The notes beneath the pieces were generated by a model, which was not told where the DNA came from, did no database searches, and saw only the letters and a program-made list of their open reading frames with translations. From assembly GCF_009914755.1 (NCBI RefSeq), contig NC_060926.1: a stretch of 64,000 nucleotides of DNA; one strand, 5' to 3'. A program made the position numbers and the translations under genes. This document shows positions 28,524 to 42,770 of the stretch, in pieces (within the stretch, counting starts at the first letter, position 1; the number at the start of each line of letters is the position of its first letter). Source of the DNA: the human T2T-CHM13v2.0 reference genome, Homo sapiens.

Positions 28524-28908
28524 GTGCTATGTTTTGAATGTGTGTCCCCTCCAAAATTCCTGTTGAAACTTAATCCCCATGGTGGTGGTATGAAGAGGCG
28601 GGGCCTTTGGGAAGTAATGCATGGAGCCCTCATGGATGAATTAATGCCCTTATCAAAGAAGCTTCAGAGAGAGTTTGCCTCTCTTGCTCTTCTACTCTTC
28701 TGCCATGTGAGGACACAGCATTTGTCTCCTCTGAAAAATGCAGCAACGAGGCACCATCATGGAAAAAGATACTGGCACCTCACCAGACACTGAGCCTGCC
28801 AGTCTGGATTTTGGACTTCCTAACCTCTGGATCTGTGAGAAATTAATTTCTATTCTGTATAAGTTGCCCAGCTTAAAGTATTTTATTATAGCAGCACAAA
28901 GACCACTA
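28524..28908 (+). mobile_element. MaLR LTR (MSTD/MLT1A-like)
   Basis: tgctatg..gaatgtgtgtcccctccaaaattc..gttgaaacttaatcccca..attatagcagcac. Confidence 0.8.
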
Positions 28909-29438
28909 GTGTCACCTTTAATGGTTGACACAGGGTTTTAGACCTAAGGCTTGATTCAAATTCCAATTCTGCCACTGGTTGTATGGCCTTGGACACATTT
29001 TTAACCTCTCTGTTTCATCCTCTATATAATAGGCATGATTATAGCTACCATGCAGAATTATGACAAGGATTACATGAGGTGATATGTATAAAACATTAGT
29101 ACTATACCAGGCAGTTAGTAAACATCCAAAAAGTGGTAAACACTATTGTTGTTATTATCATCATCACAGATTTTGCCTAGAACCTATCCATCTCCATAAC
29201 AAGGTTATTTCTTGCCACTTCCTAAGTTAACTTGCTTTGGATTTGTAGAGAATGTCAATTAAATTTGAATAAGAAATCTAATAGATGAATTTGTAAGTCA
29301 ATAGACAGTTAATCTATTAAGCAAAGATAATAATTCATATTTGGGAAACAATTACTGAGCATCTCCCATCTGCCAGGCATATTTTAAGATATTAGTAAAA
29401 CATATTTCTTGTTTATTGCTGAATAATACTCCATTTTG

Positions 29439-29440
<2 letters not shown>

Positions 29441-29481
<41 letters not shown>
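29441..29481 (+). repeat. (TG)n microsatellite
   Basis: Direct reading. Confidence 0.97.
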
Positions 29482-29483
<2 letters not shown>

Positions 29484-29689
29484 AATGCATTTTCTTACCT
29501 CTTCTTTATCCATTCAGCCATTGATGGACATTTAGGTTGTTTGTACAAACACTTTAGTTCACAAAATGCTTTCACATGTATTATCACATTTGGCTTTCAC
29601 AAAGACTGGTATTGTCTCCATTTTACAAATGATAATATAGAGTCAAAAGGATTATATGACTCACCTAAAACTAAAGCCAAGAGTTTATA

Positions 29690-30030
29690 TATAAAACTCC
29701 TGGGTTCAAGATATATATATATATATCTTCATATATATCATCTTAATGCTGGCACTACACATATATTTTCTATACAATATACACATATGTATATAAATAT
29801 ACATATACTACACCTAAGTATTTATAAATAAAGTATACATACAAATGAATAAATATATAACCATATATATTTATATATTACTTTTATATAACCATTTATA
29901 ATTTACATATTTATAAATACAAACATGCAAACATAGCACATACTCTACATATAAACATTTATTCATATGTTTATAAATATATGTATATATTAATATAATA
30001 CTACATATTTTACATATATAATCTTAATGC
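29690..30030. repeat. Degenerate (TA)n low-complexity tract
   Basis: Direct reading; tcttaatgctggca occurs near both ends. Confidence 0.8.
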
Positions 30031-30301
30031 TGGCAGTACAATTTCTTCTATAGCAGTAACCAGGAAAATAGTCTTGAGAAGTCTGCTGGGTGAGGGCAGG
30101 ATGGAAGGAAGCAAGAAAAAAAGAGAAAATAAAGCTGTTCTGCATAAAAAACCAATAGCCACTTGCAGAAGAGATGACAGAATAGAGATAATAGCTAGGC
30201 AATATGAGCAAGCAGATAAAGGTTCTTCAGAAATAGGAATCTCTTTTAAAAATTAAAAATTTTAAAGATTTTTGGCAAACCTCCTCCAATTTCCTAAAAT
30301 C

Positions 30302-30606
30302 TTTTTTTGTTTGTTTGTTTGAGACTGTGTCTTGCTCTATTGCCCAGGCTGGAGTGCACTGGCATGATCTTGGCTCACTGCAACCTCCCCTTCCAGGGCT
30401 CAAGTGATTCTCCTGCCTCAGCCTCCTGAGTAGCTGGGACCACAGGCACACGCCACCATTCCTGGCTAATATTTTTGGTATTTTTTGTAGAGACAGCGTT
30501 TCGCCACGTTACCCAGGCTGGTCTCGAAGTCCTGGGTTCAAGCCAGCAGCCCACCTCAGCCTCCCAAAGTGCTAGGATTACAGCCATGAGCCACCGTACC
30601 TGGCCC
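30302..30606 (-). mobile_element. Alu
   Basis: Reverse Alu consensus. Confidence 0.9.
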
Positions 30607-30899
30607 CTAAAACCTTTTGAAACATCTGCTACATACCTACAATTCTCCTGAGAGTGGGTTTTAGCAGAAATCCATGTAAAGAAACTGAAGCGTCACTTCA
30701 GAGTTGCTGTGGGACCTGATGAGATACTTGCCTAGCGAGCCCCAGAAGTGGATAGTTCAGCAGATTCGGGAGCTCAGACCAGAGGTACAAGGAAAGCAAA
30801 CAATGCCCCAGGATGCCCAGAGGTCTGGTCAAGGCAGAGGTGTTTCCTGTACAGGGGAGGCCATTCAATACAATTTCATTTGAATTGCAGTAGACAGAG

Positions 30900-31010
30900 A
30901 ATATCCACTGGCATCTAGATTATAAAGTAATTTGGTACTTTGAAGAAAGATTGGGTATAAATGGCCTTTTGACTGTTATTTGGGGAAGGTTTCCAGTTTG
31001 GAGCTTTATT
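30900..31010 (-). pseudogene. Possible dynein exon remnant
   Basis: KLQTGNL..KRPFIPNLSSKYQI resembles KLLDIAGNLLERPLVARDTSDKYLV. Weak. Confidence 0.25.
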
Positions 31011-31539
31011 GTCCAGAGATGGGGATAAGAATTGATAATTTGAACGAATAACTTCAGGCTACACTTCCAAAGAACTTTCAAAGCCCCAGAGTTTCATTGC
31101 AAGGGTAAGATTAGGCAGATGGCTCTCAGGACCAAGATAATTCTGGGCACTACTAAGTGGACAACTGCCCAGGAAATAACGAAGTGGCCAAATATGTTTT
31201 CAAATACAAACAAAAACAAAAACAAAAAAATGGAGCTGAAAGGACTAGAGCATTGGTTTTCAAGCTTCATTTTGCAATAGATTCCTTCGCTCAAAGAAAA
31301 TCTTACACATTCCACACAGGGAACTGTTCTGGTTGAAGACATGATTCTGGAAATATGAAGTCCCCCTAACCAGAACCTGGGTAGCACTCTAAAACCCACA
31401 TTTGGGGCCAGGGGTCAAATCAAAAAGAAAATTCATTTGTTTATGCTGTTTCGATTTTTAGTTACAACAGACGAGACAAATCCTCAAAATTACTGCCTCA
31501 ATTAATCTGTGGTGGAAAAACATCGGAATGCAGAGCAGG

Positions 31540-32200
31540 TGGTGTTGATGGGGACTGACTAAGAAGGGGCCTGAGGAAACTTTCTAGGGTGATGGTAATA
31601 TTCTATATCTTGATAGGAGTTCGGACTACATTTGCGAAAATGCAGCAAATATGTAGTTCAGACTTGTGTATTTCATAGATGTAAATGTTATATCCAATGG
31701 GGAAAAGTTATAAGCAAATATTGAACCCTCGCTGATAAGATGCACGTTGAAGTGTTTGCAGGGTTGTGTACAGAGGTCTGCAAGTTACTTTCAAATGCAC
31801 CAAAAACAAAACAGGGTGGCTTGACAGAAGGAGGGATGGATAGACGGATAACGAGGTGACAACGTATAGTAAACTGTTAGCAGCAGAATCTAGGTGGTTG
31901 GGCATACAGCTTTCAACTTTGCTGTATCTTCAAATCTTTCTTAATAAAATGTTGGGGGAAAAGGATTCTTATCTTTTAGAGACACATATTGAAATACTTA
32001 TGGATCAAATTACGCAGTATCTGGGATTTGCTTCAAAATAATGTGGGAGGAACAAGTGTGGGGGAGAATAGAGGAAATAAGATTGGCCAAGAATTTATAA
32101 TTGAAAATGGTAATGGGGTACATGAGGACTCATTTTCCTCTCTCTACTTTCATGTATATGTTTGAAATTTCTGTAATAAAAAGTTTTTAGAAATGAAAAA
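31540..32200 (+). mobile_element. Old L1 (L1M) 3' fragments
   Basis: gaaactttctagggtgatggtaatattctatatcttgat; ggtacatgagg..tctctacttt..tttgaaattt..aataaaaag. Confidence 0.65.
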
Positions 32201-32301
32201 ATAACACTGTATTAGATATGACTTTTAAAGCTTCTTCCTAATTCTATTTTGCAAATATGAATACATAGTGTGTCAAAAAGTTTTTTAAAAAACAATAAAC
32301 A

Positions 32302-32462
32302 GGCCAGATCCAACAGCTCACACCTAGAATGCCAGCATTTTGGGAGGTCGACGCAGGAGGATCACTTGAGCCCAGGAGTTTGAGGCTGCAGTGAGCTATG
32401 ATCATGCTACTGCACTCTGCCTTGGGCAACAGAGTGAGACCCCATTCCTAAAAGAAAAGAAG
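32302..32462 (+). mobile_element. Alu monomer (FRAM/deleted AluJ)
   Basis: Single-arm Alu. Confidence 0.8.
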
Positions 32463-33580
32463 CAATAAACAATACATTTTTGCCTATGATGACGGGCTCT
32501 CATTTAGAAGACCAATGTAGCAATTATGCTTTCATCAAATTTATTTGACTAAAACTATGTTTAAAATGGAGAAGGCCCAGTTTCTATTCTAAAAAGGTTT
32601 CTCACTATGAAGCATCAGTGAGGAAATTCAAGTTATTAAATTGTATCTGACTCTGGTTCCTGACATGGGCTCCCCATAATAAGAGAATAAGAAGCCTACA
32701 ACTCTAGGTGTGGCTGCCCTACCCAGTTTACAGCGCACATCCTCCGCACCACCCACCTTCGTTAATGCAACCAAATGCCAAGGAGTTCAGGGCCAGTCCC
32801 TGCACAGGAACCTAGGGTTTCTGTCTCTGGAGTCACTGCTCTTATTTGTTTCCATACTGCCTTTCTAGTAAAATGCTAGAACTCTCAAGCCAAAAAGAAA
32901 AAAAAAAAAAACCACTTTTGAGATTCATGAAAATGGAATCTCTCCTATATGTTTCCTATGAAATAAAGCTTAATTCAAGGAAACACCCCCACATTCTGAT
33001 GTTTAGCCAAACCACCTTGGGCTTTACAGTGGGGCCAGAAATATGACAAGATCTGGCAAGATCTTCTGTCCTTCCTGCTTGCCATCAAAAAGAAAAGCTC
33101 CCCCGCCCCAGCTCCTTCCTCTCTGTGCTCTCTCCCCACAACCCGGACTTTCTTATGGTGTTTCGAAACATGTCCTTAGGAACCTGGATAAAACCCAAAC
33201 AATCAAGATTCTGGAAAACTGGAATGTTGTTTCTGAAAAATTTTAAACCTAGAAATAAATAAATCAGTGCCTATGTGTTTGGTTTGAGTTTTGGATGAAA
33301 GCCCAGAATGACTTTCCTTTGCACCTGAACTGGTTTGCCCATGCCTGGGCAAGAAAACCACCTGTCCCTCAGTGGAAATAGTCTTCGTTATTGTTCTGTG
33401 GGCTTTAAGCTTTTTGATATTTAATATTATTAAAGAGCACTCCTCTGAGGGCAAAAGATGTCCCTAGGCGACTTGACGGCTCAGTGGGCACTACGTGGGC
33501 ATGCAGTGAGCTGGGTGTCTCTCCCTAAAGCCTCATCCTGGTAGGAGGGAGCCAGAGGGAAGCAAAAAAAGCCAGAGGGT

Positions 33581-33994
33581 TGTGAGAATCATCAGCATTA
33601 CAAAATGGAGTCACTAATGTCCAATGCTGACAAAATGGAGCCAAGAGGCCATGAAGGAGCATCCCCATGCACATATGCCTATGACGGTAATGACACAAGG
33701 ACTTCCTCTAAACCTCAATGTTCTAGGTAAGCCGCCTGCACAGCACACTTGCCTGCCACAGCTGTTGCCAATGCCTGCAGTAAGCCCCTGTAACCCATGG
33801 TTGTTGTTGCTGTTGTCTTTTCAAAACAGCTAATGTGGACTTCCCTTTGTCTTTAAGCTTCCCCTTGCCCCAACCCCTTTGGATGTGCCTATGGTTCACC
33901 ATCGTGTATATCCCATATTGCAATCCCCTCCTGTTCCCAAATAGACTCTTGGCTTCAGAGAGTCCGTCTCTGTGTCACTCATTTTAGGTTGACA
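33581..33994 (+). mobile_element. ERV1 solo LTR (MER31/MER67-like)
   Basis: tgtgaga..aaatggagtcact..ttttaggttgaca termini. Confidence 0.65.
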
Positions 33995-34734
33995 AGGCAG
34001 TGTGGCAGCTGTCAGTGACCATGGGGAGGTGATGAAGCTTGCAGCTGCTGGTACTGCAGATGGCTCAGGGAAAGGTTTCCAGAGCTAGGCTGCCTCGGGT
34101 TAGGAACTAAGCTTCTCCATGTTGCAGCTCAATGACCTTAAGTAAGTGACCTGGGCCTCAGTTTCTCCATTTCTAAAGTGAGGATAATCATAGCTCATAT
34201 GGATCAAGCACCTTCCCCTAGCCCAGCCCTGTTCTGAGAGCCCTGTAATTCATCTTTATGACAACCATATAAGTAGATGTATGACTATCCCCACTTAAAC
34301 GAGCTAAAGGAGTTCCTGAAAGTCACACAGCTGGTAAGTGTTGGAGCCAAGCAATCAGACTCCAGAGCCTGCTCGCTTAACCATCAGGCTCCCTCACCTG
34401 CCTTTCAAGACCACTGCATAATCATGATCATCCATAACACCCTCTGGGCCTAAAAAGGTATAAAGCAACCGTGGAAGGAGCAGGCCTTGTTCCCCTAAGA
34501 TTGCAGCAAGGGTGAGCAACTTGCCCCTGACTAACTTAGACACTAACCAACTAAGAAAAGAGGACCAGGCACTGGAGTAGATGAAGGCATGGCCAGATCC
34601 AGGTAGGACGCCTGCAGGGAGCCCACACGAAGTGCTTTCCACAGGGAGCCCAGTGATTGTCCAGAAAAATGATGCAATCTGGGAAGACACAGTAACCAAA
34701 AAGTACTCAGAAGCTAAGAAACTTGGTTCAGTGC

Positions 34735-35515
34735 TGTGATATTGTGAAATACATATTTGGTCTTCATCTCCAGAGTGTCTTTTGTATGCCAACGAGACGA
34801 CTGATGGGGACTGGCTGCCAGATAAACCAACAATGTGTTTAGAGAGTTGGAAATTTCAGTCCCACCCCCTAGCCCCAGCCCACCACCAGGGAGGGGAGTG
34901 GGCTGAAGGTTGAACTGATCACCAATGGTCAGTGATAATATCCACCCTGCCTGTGCAATGAAGCCTCCAAAAATCCTATTGGACTGGGTTCAGAGACCTT
35001 CCAGATAGTGGAACAAATGGAGGTTCCTGGAGGGTGGTGGGCCCTAGGAGGGCAGGGATGCTCTGCACCCCTTCTCCCATACCTCGCCCTATGCATCTCT
35101 TTATCTGGCTGTCCATCTGCATTCTTTGTAACATCCTTTATAATAAATGGGTAAATGGAAAGAAAAGTGTTTCCCTGAGTTCTGTGAGCCACTCTAGCAA
35201 ATTAATTGAACCCAAGGAAGGGGCAGTGGGAGCTCCGATTTGTATAGGGGACACCTGGGGCTTTGCAATTGGTGCATCTGAAGACTGCACCCGTCTTGTG
35301 TGAACCTGTGAGATCTAACACTGCCTGCAGGTAGATAGTGTCGGAATTGAATTGAATTAGAGGACACGCAGCTGGTGTCTGCTGGAGAATTGCTGGGTGT
35401 AGGGGAAAGCCCACACATCTGTTGTCAGAAGTGTTGTATTGAATGACTGTGTAAGAGAGGAGAATAGGAAAAAAACACTTTGGTTTTTGGGGTTTTTTTT
35501 TTTCCTATATCCCTT
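34735..35515 (+). mobile_element. MER21-like LTR
   Basis: tgtgatattgtgaaatacatatttggtcttc..gtgtcggaattgaattg..cagctggtgtc. Confidence 0.78.
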
Positions 35516-36904
35516 AGAAGCATCCAACCCAGAGAAGGCTGGACAGAACAAACAACACAGGCAAAACCCAGAGGAACTGCTGCAATGCCACCTGGCTGAA
35601 AGGTTTAGAGAAAGGAGAATTAGAAGTCCAGGCCCATTTGCATCTCAGGCTAAAATTCAGGACAGTGCTCAACTGCTATTTCTTGAGTCTGTTCCTATCC
35701 AAATATTTGTAACTTGTGCAACAAGTTAACAAGTCCCTAGAGAGACTAACAGTAAAAAGCCCTTAAAAGTGAAAGATAGTGTGCATTTATTTTAGTGAAG
35801 GCAACAAAGTAGAGCCAATGGGAAAAGATGCAGCCGCTTTGAAGACAGCGCCGAGAGGGAGTATTTGGAAATCAGAGATACACAGGCCAACTCCCAAGGG
35901 CTTACAGAATGAAGGCAGAAATACATGGGAAGCCTATTGAGGCTGCTGAGAGGACCGAGGGGCATCTGGAGGGAGGGCAGTGTTCTCTGGCTCCATGTGA
36001 CCCCTCAGTGACACCCACAGGCCTGGAAATGTCTGCAGAGGCCTCACATAGCAGAGCACTGTGAGCTGGCCATGTGCACACTGAGCAAGGGTCAGGGGTC
36101 GGGAGGGAGGTGGGAGGCTCTAAATAGTCTTTACTCTCCCCCCGTCCAGCATCTGTGAGTCAGCACAGTCAGCCTCTGATGAGTCTCTGTCCTTTCTCGG
36201 TCTCTGTTCCTCTGAGGGAGACATGAAGGAAAAGGGGAGGGTTTCTGTATCTCTTCAAGACTAAGAGGAGGTGGAAGTAGGGCCTGGTAGGAAGTGAGGG
36301 GAGGGGCCCAGGAGCTGGCTCTGGCAATGCTCCCTCAAAGGGCGATGAGGAAGAAATGGGAGCTGCAGGGGATGGGGTCCCCCCTGGCCACACTGCCAGG
36401 TGAGGTGAGACCCAAGACCCTCCCCCTCCAGCACCCAGAGCCTACTCCAGCAAATTCTCCTGTCAGCGCCTGGAGAGCTGGACTTGATGAGCACACACCC
36501 ACCCCCCTCGGACCCTTCAACAGGAGGGACTTCAGAGACTGAGTCCTTGTTCAGGCCCATCCGCCTACTCCACATGGAAGCCAGGGTAACTAGACTGAGG
36601 AAAAGGTGGGGAGAGAAGGCGGCCCCACTGCAGCTAGTGGAACATAACGGTTGAAGACCTTTGAGGGGCTAGGTAGAGCCCCCTGGCTATGCCCGCAGCA
36701 GGCAGTAGGAGCCAGCCTCCGACTCTCATGACCTCCAGGGCACAGTGACAAGACAGGCTTGTCTTTGCTAATATTGATCACCTTGCAGGGCTGGGCTGCA
36801 GGACCAATTATTAAAAGATGCTGCTCCCACCAGATGAGGAAGATTCCAAACAAAAAGGAGGAGTGACATCAGAAAACTATCCTGCTGTACCTAAGCCACT
36901 GCTG

Positions 36905-37487
36905 GGGCTCAGAAAGCAATACCTGGAGCACGGTGCTTTGAATACAGAGTACTCTGAACTAAAGAAGCAACCTTAGAACCAAGATCTTCCCAATCTTCTC
37001 TGGCCCTCATCTCCCGGCCCTCTGCCTCTCCCGAAGCACAGGGAGAACCTCTATCTGAGGTTCCCTTATCTGCGTAAGGGGTGCTCCTCCCAAATGAATG
37101 CAATTCCCTTAAGCCCTCTCCCTATGATCTCGTCACACAGGGAATATTAACTGTCAGGAAGATTAGAGTTGACAGCATGCCTGGAGTCCAGAAAAACTTT
37201 GTCCCAGGTTGCTATCTATTCTTTGGGCCCAGTCATCTCCCCTAAAAACCATTTGCTCTTCCTCTAAAAGTGCCCACAGCCCCCCTTTCCATCTGCCCTA
37301 TGAAGAAGGGTATTTAAGCTTCTGAATCTCATGGGGCTCTTGGGTCCTCACTTTCCTGTGATGTCCCCATGCATGTAATACATTTGTATACCTTTCCTCC
37401 TGTTGATCTGTGTGTTTTCAGTTTATTTCAGCAGACTCAATTATCAAACTTCCACAGGGAAAAGAGAAGGTTCTCTCACCCCTATAC
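36905..37487 (+). mobile_element. ERV1 LTR (MER39/MER34-like)
   Basis: TATA-like ggtatttaag, catgtaatacatttgta..cttttcctcctgttgatctg, ending cccctataca. Confidence 0.6.
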
Positions 37488-37789
37488 ATGCATCAAAGTC
37501 AGCCTTTTGGCCTTCCCTTTATTTAGAAAAGGTCAAAAACAATGTTTTACAAAGAATAGTACTTATACCAAAGTTATATTCCAATATCTGGAACGAGGTA
37601 TAAAGACAAGGACCAAATGAGATGAAATATAAAATATGTTGCGCATCTGAAGTGATTGTTTTTGTGTAATAAACACTAGTCATTTAAAATTGATTTGTAG
37701 ATGATCATACGTGATTTCACATTCCCAAAACACCTATGATGCAAGAGAAACATTTTTAAAAAACCACACACATTGTCCATTTCTCTCTG

Positions 37790-37900
37790 TTACAAATGAC
37801 TTGTTTGAGACCAATTTTCTTATAAACTATTGCTAGAATCAGAAGTAGAAATCTCAATGAGAGTTGGATAAGCCTTCCCAGAAACTGAGCAAAGATGGAT
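37790..37900 (-). pseudogene. Possible dynein exon remnant
   Basis: IFAQFLGRLIQL resembles VFVRLDGFLGRLHVV. The position is collinear but the match is short. Confidence 0.3.
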
Positions 37901-38157
37901 CTATAAAAGCTAGTGTGCAAACACCGAGACTCATGCACAGGCAAAACAAAACAACCAATCAGCAAACACCAGGTGTTTACTCTGGACAAAGCAGAAAGCA
38001 TCACCAGGGCAGCAATTGCCTTCTTGGGAAAAACAGTTCTGTCTTGACTCTATCCAGAAAACGTTCTTAATAATAAATACACATTTTCACATGTCTCCAT
38101 ATTAATAATGTGGTTCAAATAGATTAATATAAAAAATGCTACATGTTCAATAGAAAT

Positions 38158-38283
38158 TTTTTTTCTAGAGACAGGGTCTTGCCATGTTGCCCCGGCTGGT
38201 CTCAAGGTCCTCAGCTGAAGCGACCCTCCCACCTGAGCCTCCCAAAGTGCTGGGATTACAGGTGTGAACCAGTGCACCCGGCC
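38158..38283 (-). mobile_element. FLAM-type Alu monomer
   Basis: Reverse left-arm Alu. Confidence 0.85.
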
Positions 38284-39622
38284 AGAAAGAATTTTTGAGG
38301 TTGACTGTATTTCTCCCACACCCATGAACAAAGCTCTGTGACCATTACTCTGCCTGAGAAAAGAAGCATATTATTTTCTGTATAAGAACATATGATCTTA
38401 GGCTAAGCTGAAAGCAAACTGAACTTTATCATAACAAAAGGCAACTGGCAATTTAGTGTAAAATTCAAGTGCCTGAGTTTTGAAGTCAGAAAACCCTGCC
38501 TATGGACCCTCTTCTTCCTCCCTGGATGTGAGACGCTAGGCATATCTCTCTCCTTGACTTAGCTGCCTCCCCTGTAAAGGGCTCTACCTCATAGAATTGC
38601 TATCAGAAATAAGGGAGATACTTGAAGCTAGCACTTAGAGATTCTCAGTGAGATACTCAGATTAAGCACAGGCACTTATCTCATTTCCCTTCTAAAAGAA
38701 ATAAAACAGACATAAACTCAGGAGTTGTATGAGAGACAAGAAGATAATGGGCAAGAAGTATCAGCAAATTTTAGGGAGCTAGGAAGTGGATAGAGGAATA
38801 GTAACTGACTCATCAGAGTTTATTCAGAGAGATATGATAATGAGAAACAAGCTGAGTTGCTCCTTCAGAAGCCCAGAAAGACGTAGAGACTGAGGCTCCA
38901 GGGCCTAGGAGGACATGGAGCAGGAGCAGAATGAAAATGGGGGCTGAGTGAAAGGCTGAGGCAGGAGTGGACCTCAAGATTCCCTCCTGACCCCAAGCAG
39001 CCGCCAACTACCATTATCCCATCTCTTGAGATGATCAAAGCTAGAATCCCTAGAGACATTAACATAGAGAGGCATGAAGGAGGAGAGAGCCAGCTTTAGG
39101 GCCAACACGGGGCATCATGTGAACGGCTTCATGCTGAATGGCAGACCCAGGGCCATTCCCCGGCCCTGCCCTGAGAGGCTGACAGCCGGGCTATAGTGCT
39201 TCCTCCAAACCCAATCCCACCCCAACAAAAGACCAAAGACTCATTTTTAGAGAAACTGAACAACTTCAAAGAAACATCCCATATTTGGGTATCCCCCAAC
39301 AAAAAAGCCAGCTAGCCATTCAATTGCTACAATAGGAGGGAAAAAGAACCAGCTGTCAAGCCTGTGCACTCACTCAGAGCCTCCGATCAGCTTTCTAGTG
39401 CCTCGCCTTTGACTATGAATGGAGAACCAAGGATCACCAGAAACCTTCAGGAATATGCGACCTGCAGCATAAACAACAGAGAACAAAACAAGGAAGTGGG
39501 AATAAAGGAATGAAAGGGCTAGAAACAAACCAGGGACCAAAAAAAAATTTAATCTTCAGGAATATAGAAGATAATGTAGCCATGAACCAAGAACAAGATA
39601 CTATTTTTCTTTAAAGAAAAAC

Positions 39623-39921
39623 CAGCCAGGTGTGGTGGCTACACCTATAATCCCAGCACTTTGGGAGGCCAAGGCAGGTGGATCACAAGGTCAAGAGATC
39701 AAGGCCATCCTGGCAAACATGGTGAAACCCCATCTCTACTAAAAATACAAAAATTAGCTGGGCATGGTGGCACACGCCTGTAGTCCCAGATACTCAGGAG
39801 GCTGAGGCTAGAGAATCACTTGAAGCCAGGAAGCAGAGGTTGCAGTGAGCTGAGATCACACCACTGCACTCCAGCCTGGCAATAGAGTGAGACTCCGTCT
39901 CAAAAAAAAAAAAAAAAAAAA
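39623..39921 (+). mobile_element. Alu (Sc-like)
   Basis: ggatcacaaggtcaagagatc diagnostic; poly(A). Confidence 0.92.
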
Positions 39922-40599
39922 ACCATTAGAGAATATAACACACGTTCTCTAGTTGGTATCAGCTACTGTTACTGTCATTTTTATTACCATGTGTTACCCC
40001 ATATGGCTGCCCTACATAAAGACACCTTTTCTCAATTCTACTGCAGAAAGATTCATTCACTGTCTATCCTCCAACCCCTTGACCCCCTTGCTGTTTCTCA
40101 AGAAGCAAGCCAGCTTCCAGTCCTTTCCACTTGCTGTCCCTCTGCCTGGGCCACTGCATTATTGGATCTCCAGCAAGAGGTCTTCCTTGCCACTTAGTGA
40201 CAGCAGGGCCTCCTACTCCCATCACTCTTCACTCCTTTCCCTCCTCTCCTCCACGGCACTATAGGAATTACAGGATTTCTTGATGGCCTTGTGTCACCTC
40301 CACCTCCCAGGAGAGCAGGCCCCAGCACTTAACATAAGGGCTCATATACAGTAGGCTGTCCGTAAATACTTGTTGAATGGAGAGACAGATAAATTTTAAT
40401 TATGTCAGGGGGGAAAGGATGACTATAAATATTCAACAGAGCATATTAACCATTTTTTTCTCTCCTGGAGAGGTTAGAAGAGCCAGAGACAGTGAGGTTT
40501 CCACTGAAGTTGCTGCTTAAAATACAAATTATAGCTTGTCCTTCCATTAGTCTTCTGAGTTCTAGTGGAATAAAATATAAACACCAGCATCATTTACCA

Positions 40600-40799
40600 T
40601 GAAGATAACTGGAAGTGCTGGGGACAAGTATATTTATAAAATGTGAAAATTGTTTTCTAAATTTAAAAAACTGACTTTAGGAAAGACATATATCCTGTAT
40701 ATGCAGGTCTTCCATTGGGCAGGAACTCAAATTCAGAATCTCCCAGTTTTTGAGTTTTTCCAAGGGGCAGGCTCATCAGGAAAGCCTTTATTTAGCAGC
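40600..40799 (-). pseudogene. Dynein pseudogene exon remnant
   Basis: TTTTCCCAG acceptor; LPLGKTQKLGDSEFEFLP resembles LKPLRILLEEMEQADFTMLP (DNAH17). The 3' end is approximate. Confidence 0.45.
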
Positions 40800-41249
40800 C
40801 TGGGAAAATATTCTTCTGTGCTTTTTCTTTTACAATAGCCACAGGCACAAACAAACAAAAAGCAACTCAATCCAAGGGTTTTTGAACAAACAGTTTCAAA
40901 AAAAAAGACAAAAACAAAATGAAAAAATAGTTTCAAATTCTTCAGACAAATCTTTTCATTCAAGCTGATGTTCACAATTACAGAATCTTCACACTTTGAA
41001 GTCCTCAAGTTCAAACTCATTTTACAGAGGAGAAATGTGAGGCCTAAGGAGGTCATTGTCCAAGTTTACAGAGACTGCCACGACCATCTGGGGTCTCCTG
41101 CCTCCCAGGCCTCCCACTCTTCCTGTTCTGTCCCTGGCTGGCAGGGGTTGGCTCTCCTCGGAGCTCCAGTCCCCCCTGGGTTGGGTGTTTAATAAGATCT
41201 GAAAGGAAGAGAACAGCACCCACCAGGGCCAAACGAGAAAGAGGGTCTG

Positions 41250-42770
41250 TCCTCAAGCAACTAACACTCCCAAGTGAGAGACAGACTGTGAGCTTGTACA
41301 GAAATAACATGATTTCCATTTCTGAGAAGCACTATGAAGAATAAAATAGGTTAATATTGCAAGAACAAGTGGAGTTGAAGGTGTGTGTAAAAAGCCTTCT
41401 CAGAGGAGGTGAGAATTGAGACCTGAGTGATGAGGAAGGGTCAGTTGTGGGAAGACTTAGAGGAAGAATGGTGAAGGCCTTGCAAGGAAACCAGCCAGGC
41501 TCATTCGGGGCCAGGAGAAAGCTGACGCCTAAGAGAGAAGATCTGAGATAAGATGGCGGCCCGGGCGGTGAATGGTTGAAGACGGCGAGAAGGATGTATC
41601 TTGGGAGTAGAACCAACAGGAATAACCAAAGGAGTAGATGTGGAGGTGAGAGAAAGAGAAGAATCAAATATAACCACTAGATTTGTGGATGGTGGTGCCA
41701 CTCACCAAGATGGGCCATGCTTGGGGGAGAAAACCAACAGGTCCGTCTGGATGGGTTAAGTGTGTTTGTTAGCCATGGAGTAAGCCTCTGAGTTTACTTC
41801 CATGTTCTCGCTTTGTGCCCCTCTCCTTCCCTCCCTATGTTCAGCCATCTGGCCTTCTTTCAGTTCTTTAAACATGCAAAACTCATTCTTGCTTCTAAGC
41901 CCTCACACATGCCGTTCCCTGTACAAGAACACCTCACACCTTCATGACTTCTCCTTTTTATCCTTCAGGCCTCAGCTTAAATGTCCCTTCTTCAGAAAGG
42001 CCTTTTCAAGCTGTTTCAGAGTTAACTACGTTAAGTGGTAGGGCAGTAGATGAGTCTGTAGAGGCCGTTTGCCTACTTCACTAACAGAGACAGGGTGTGA
42101 GCATTGCTGTCCTAGGATTTGGTCCTCGTTGTATTGGGTGGTGATCACAGTGTTAGCACTGTAAACCAGGCTGCGTGTTTATTTATAATGAGGCACAATC
42201 TTTTCCAGTGATTGGAATACTGTCACCCATCCAGGTCTCCTCCTGCCTGAATTTGAAACAGCTGGGAAACCAAAGTAAAAATGAGAAGGTGGCTCAGTGG
42301 CCTAGGAGTTGTGGGCTCAGAAAGGGGGCAGTACTTAATTTCCAGCAAAACTAGTGTGGGCTATCAATTGACCAATGACTAGCACCGATCACAGATTTTG
42401 TTTACTTCTTTCCAAATTTTATGCTGAGTAACAATCAACTTCTACCTGGTTGAAGTAGTATGTCTGCCTTCTCTAACCTAATTTCTATAAATTAGCCTTT
42501 GTTTTGTCTTAAGTTGGGGGAAAATATCTTTTCTAACTATCCCATCTAAATTAGGACCCTTCCCCTTATTCTCCATCATAGCACTCTGTTTTCCCCTTAT
42601 TCTCCGTCATAGCACTCTGTTTCCTTCAAGGGACTTACCATCATCTGTAGCCACTCATCAGTTTACTCTTCTCATCCATCTTCCCTACTGGAATGTAATT
42701 GTTATAGACTCAGCACCTGGCACAATGCAAGGCACTTAGTAAGTGCACCATGAAAATGTGTTCAGATGAA
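41250..42770. mobile_element. L2 fragments
   Basis: L2 motifs (cagcttaaatgtcccttcttcagaaaggcctt; gcacctggcaca..ggcacttagtaa). Confidence 0.55.

Noticed and set aside
33150-33250. SETTFQFSRILI dynein-like peptide
   Set aside because: Matches several different exons equally weakly and cannot be assigned.
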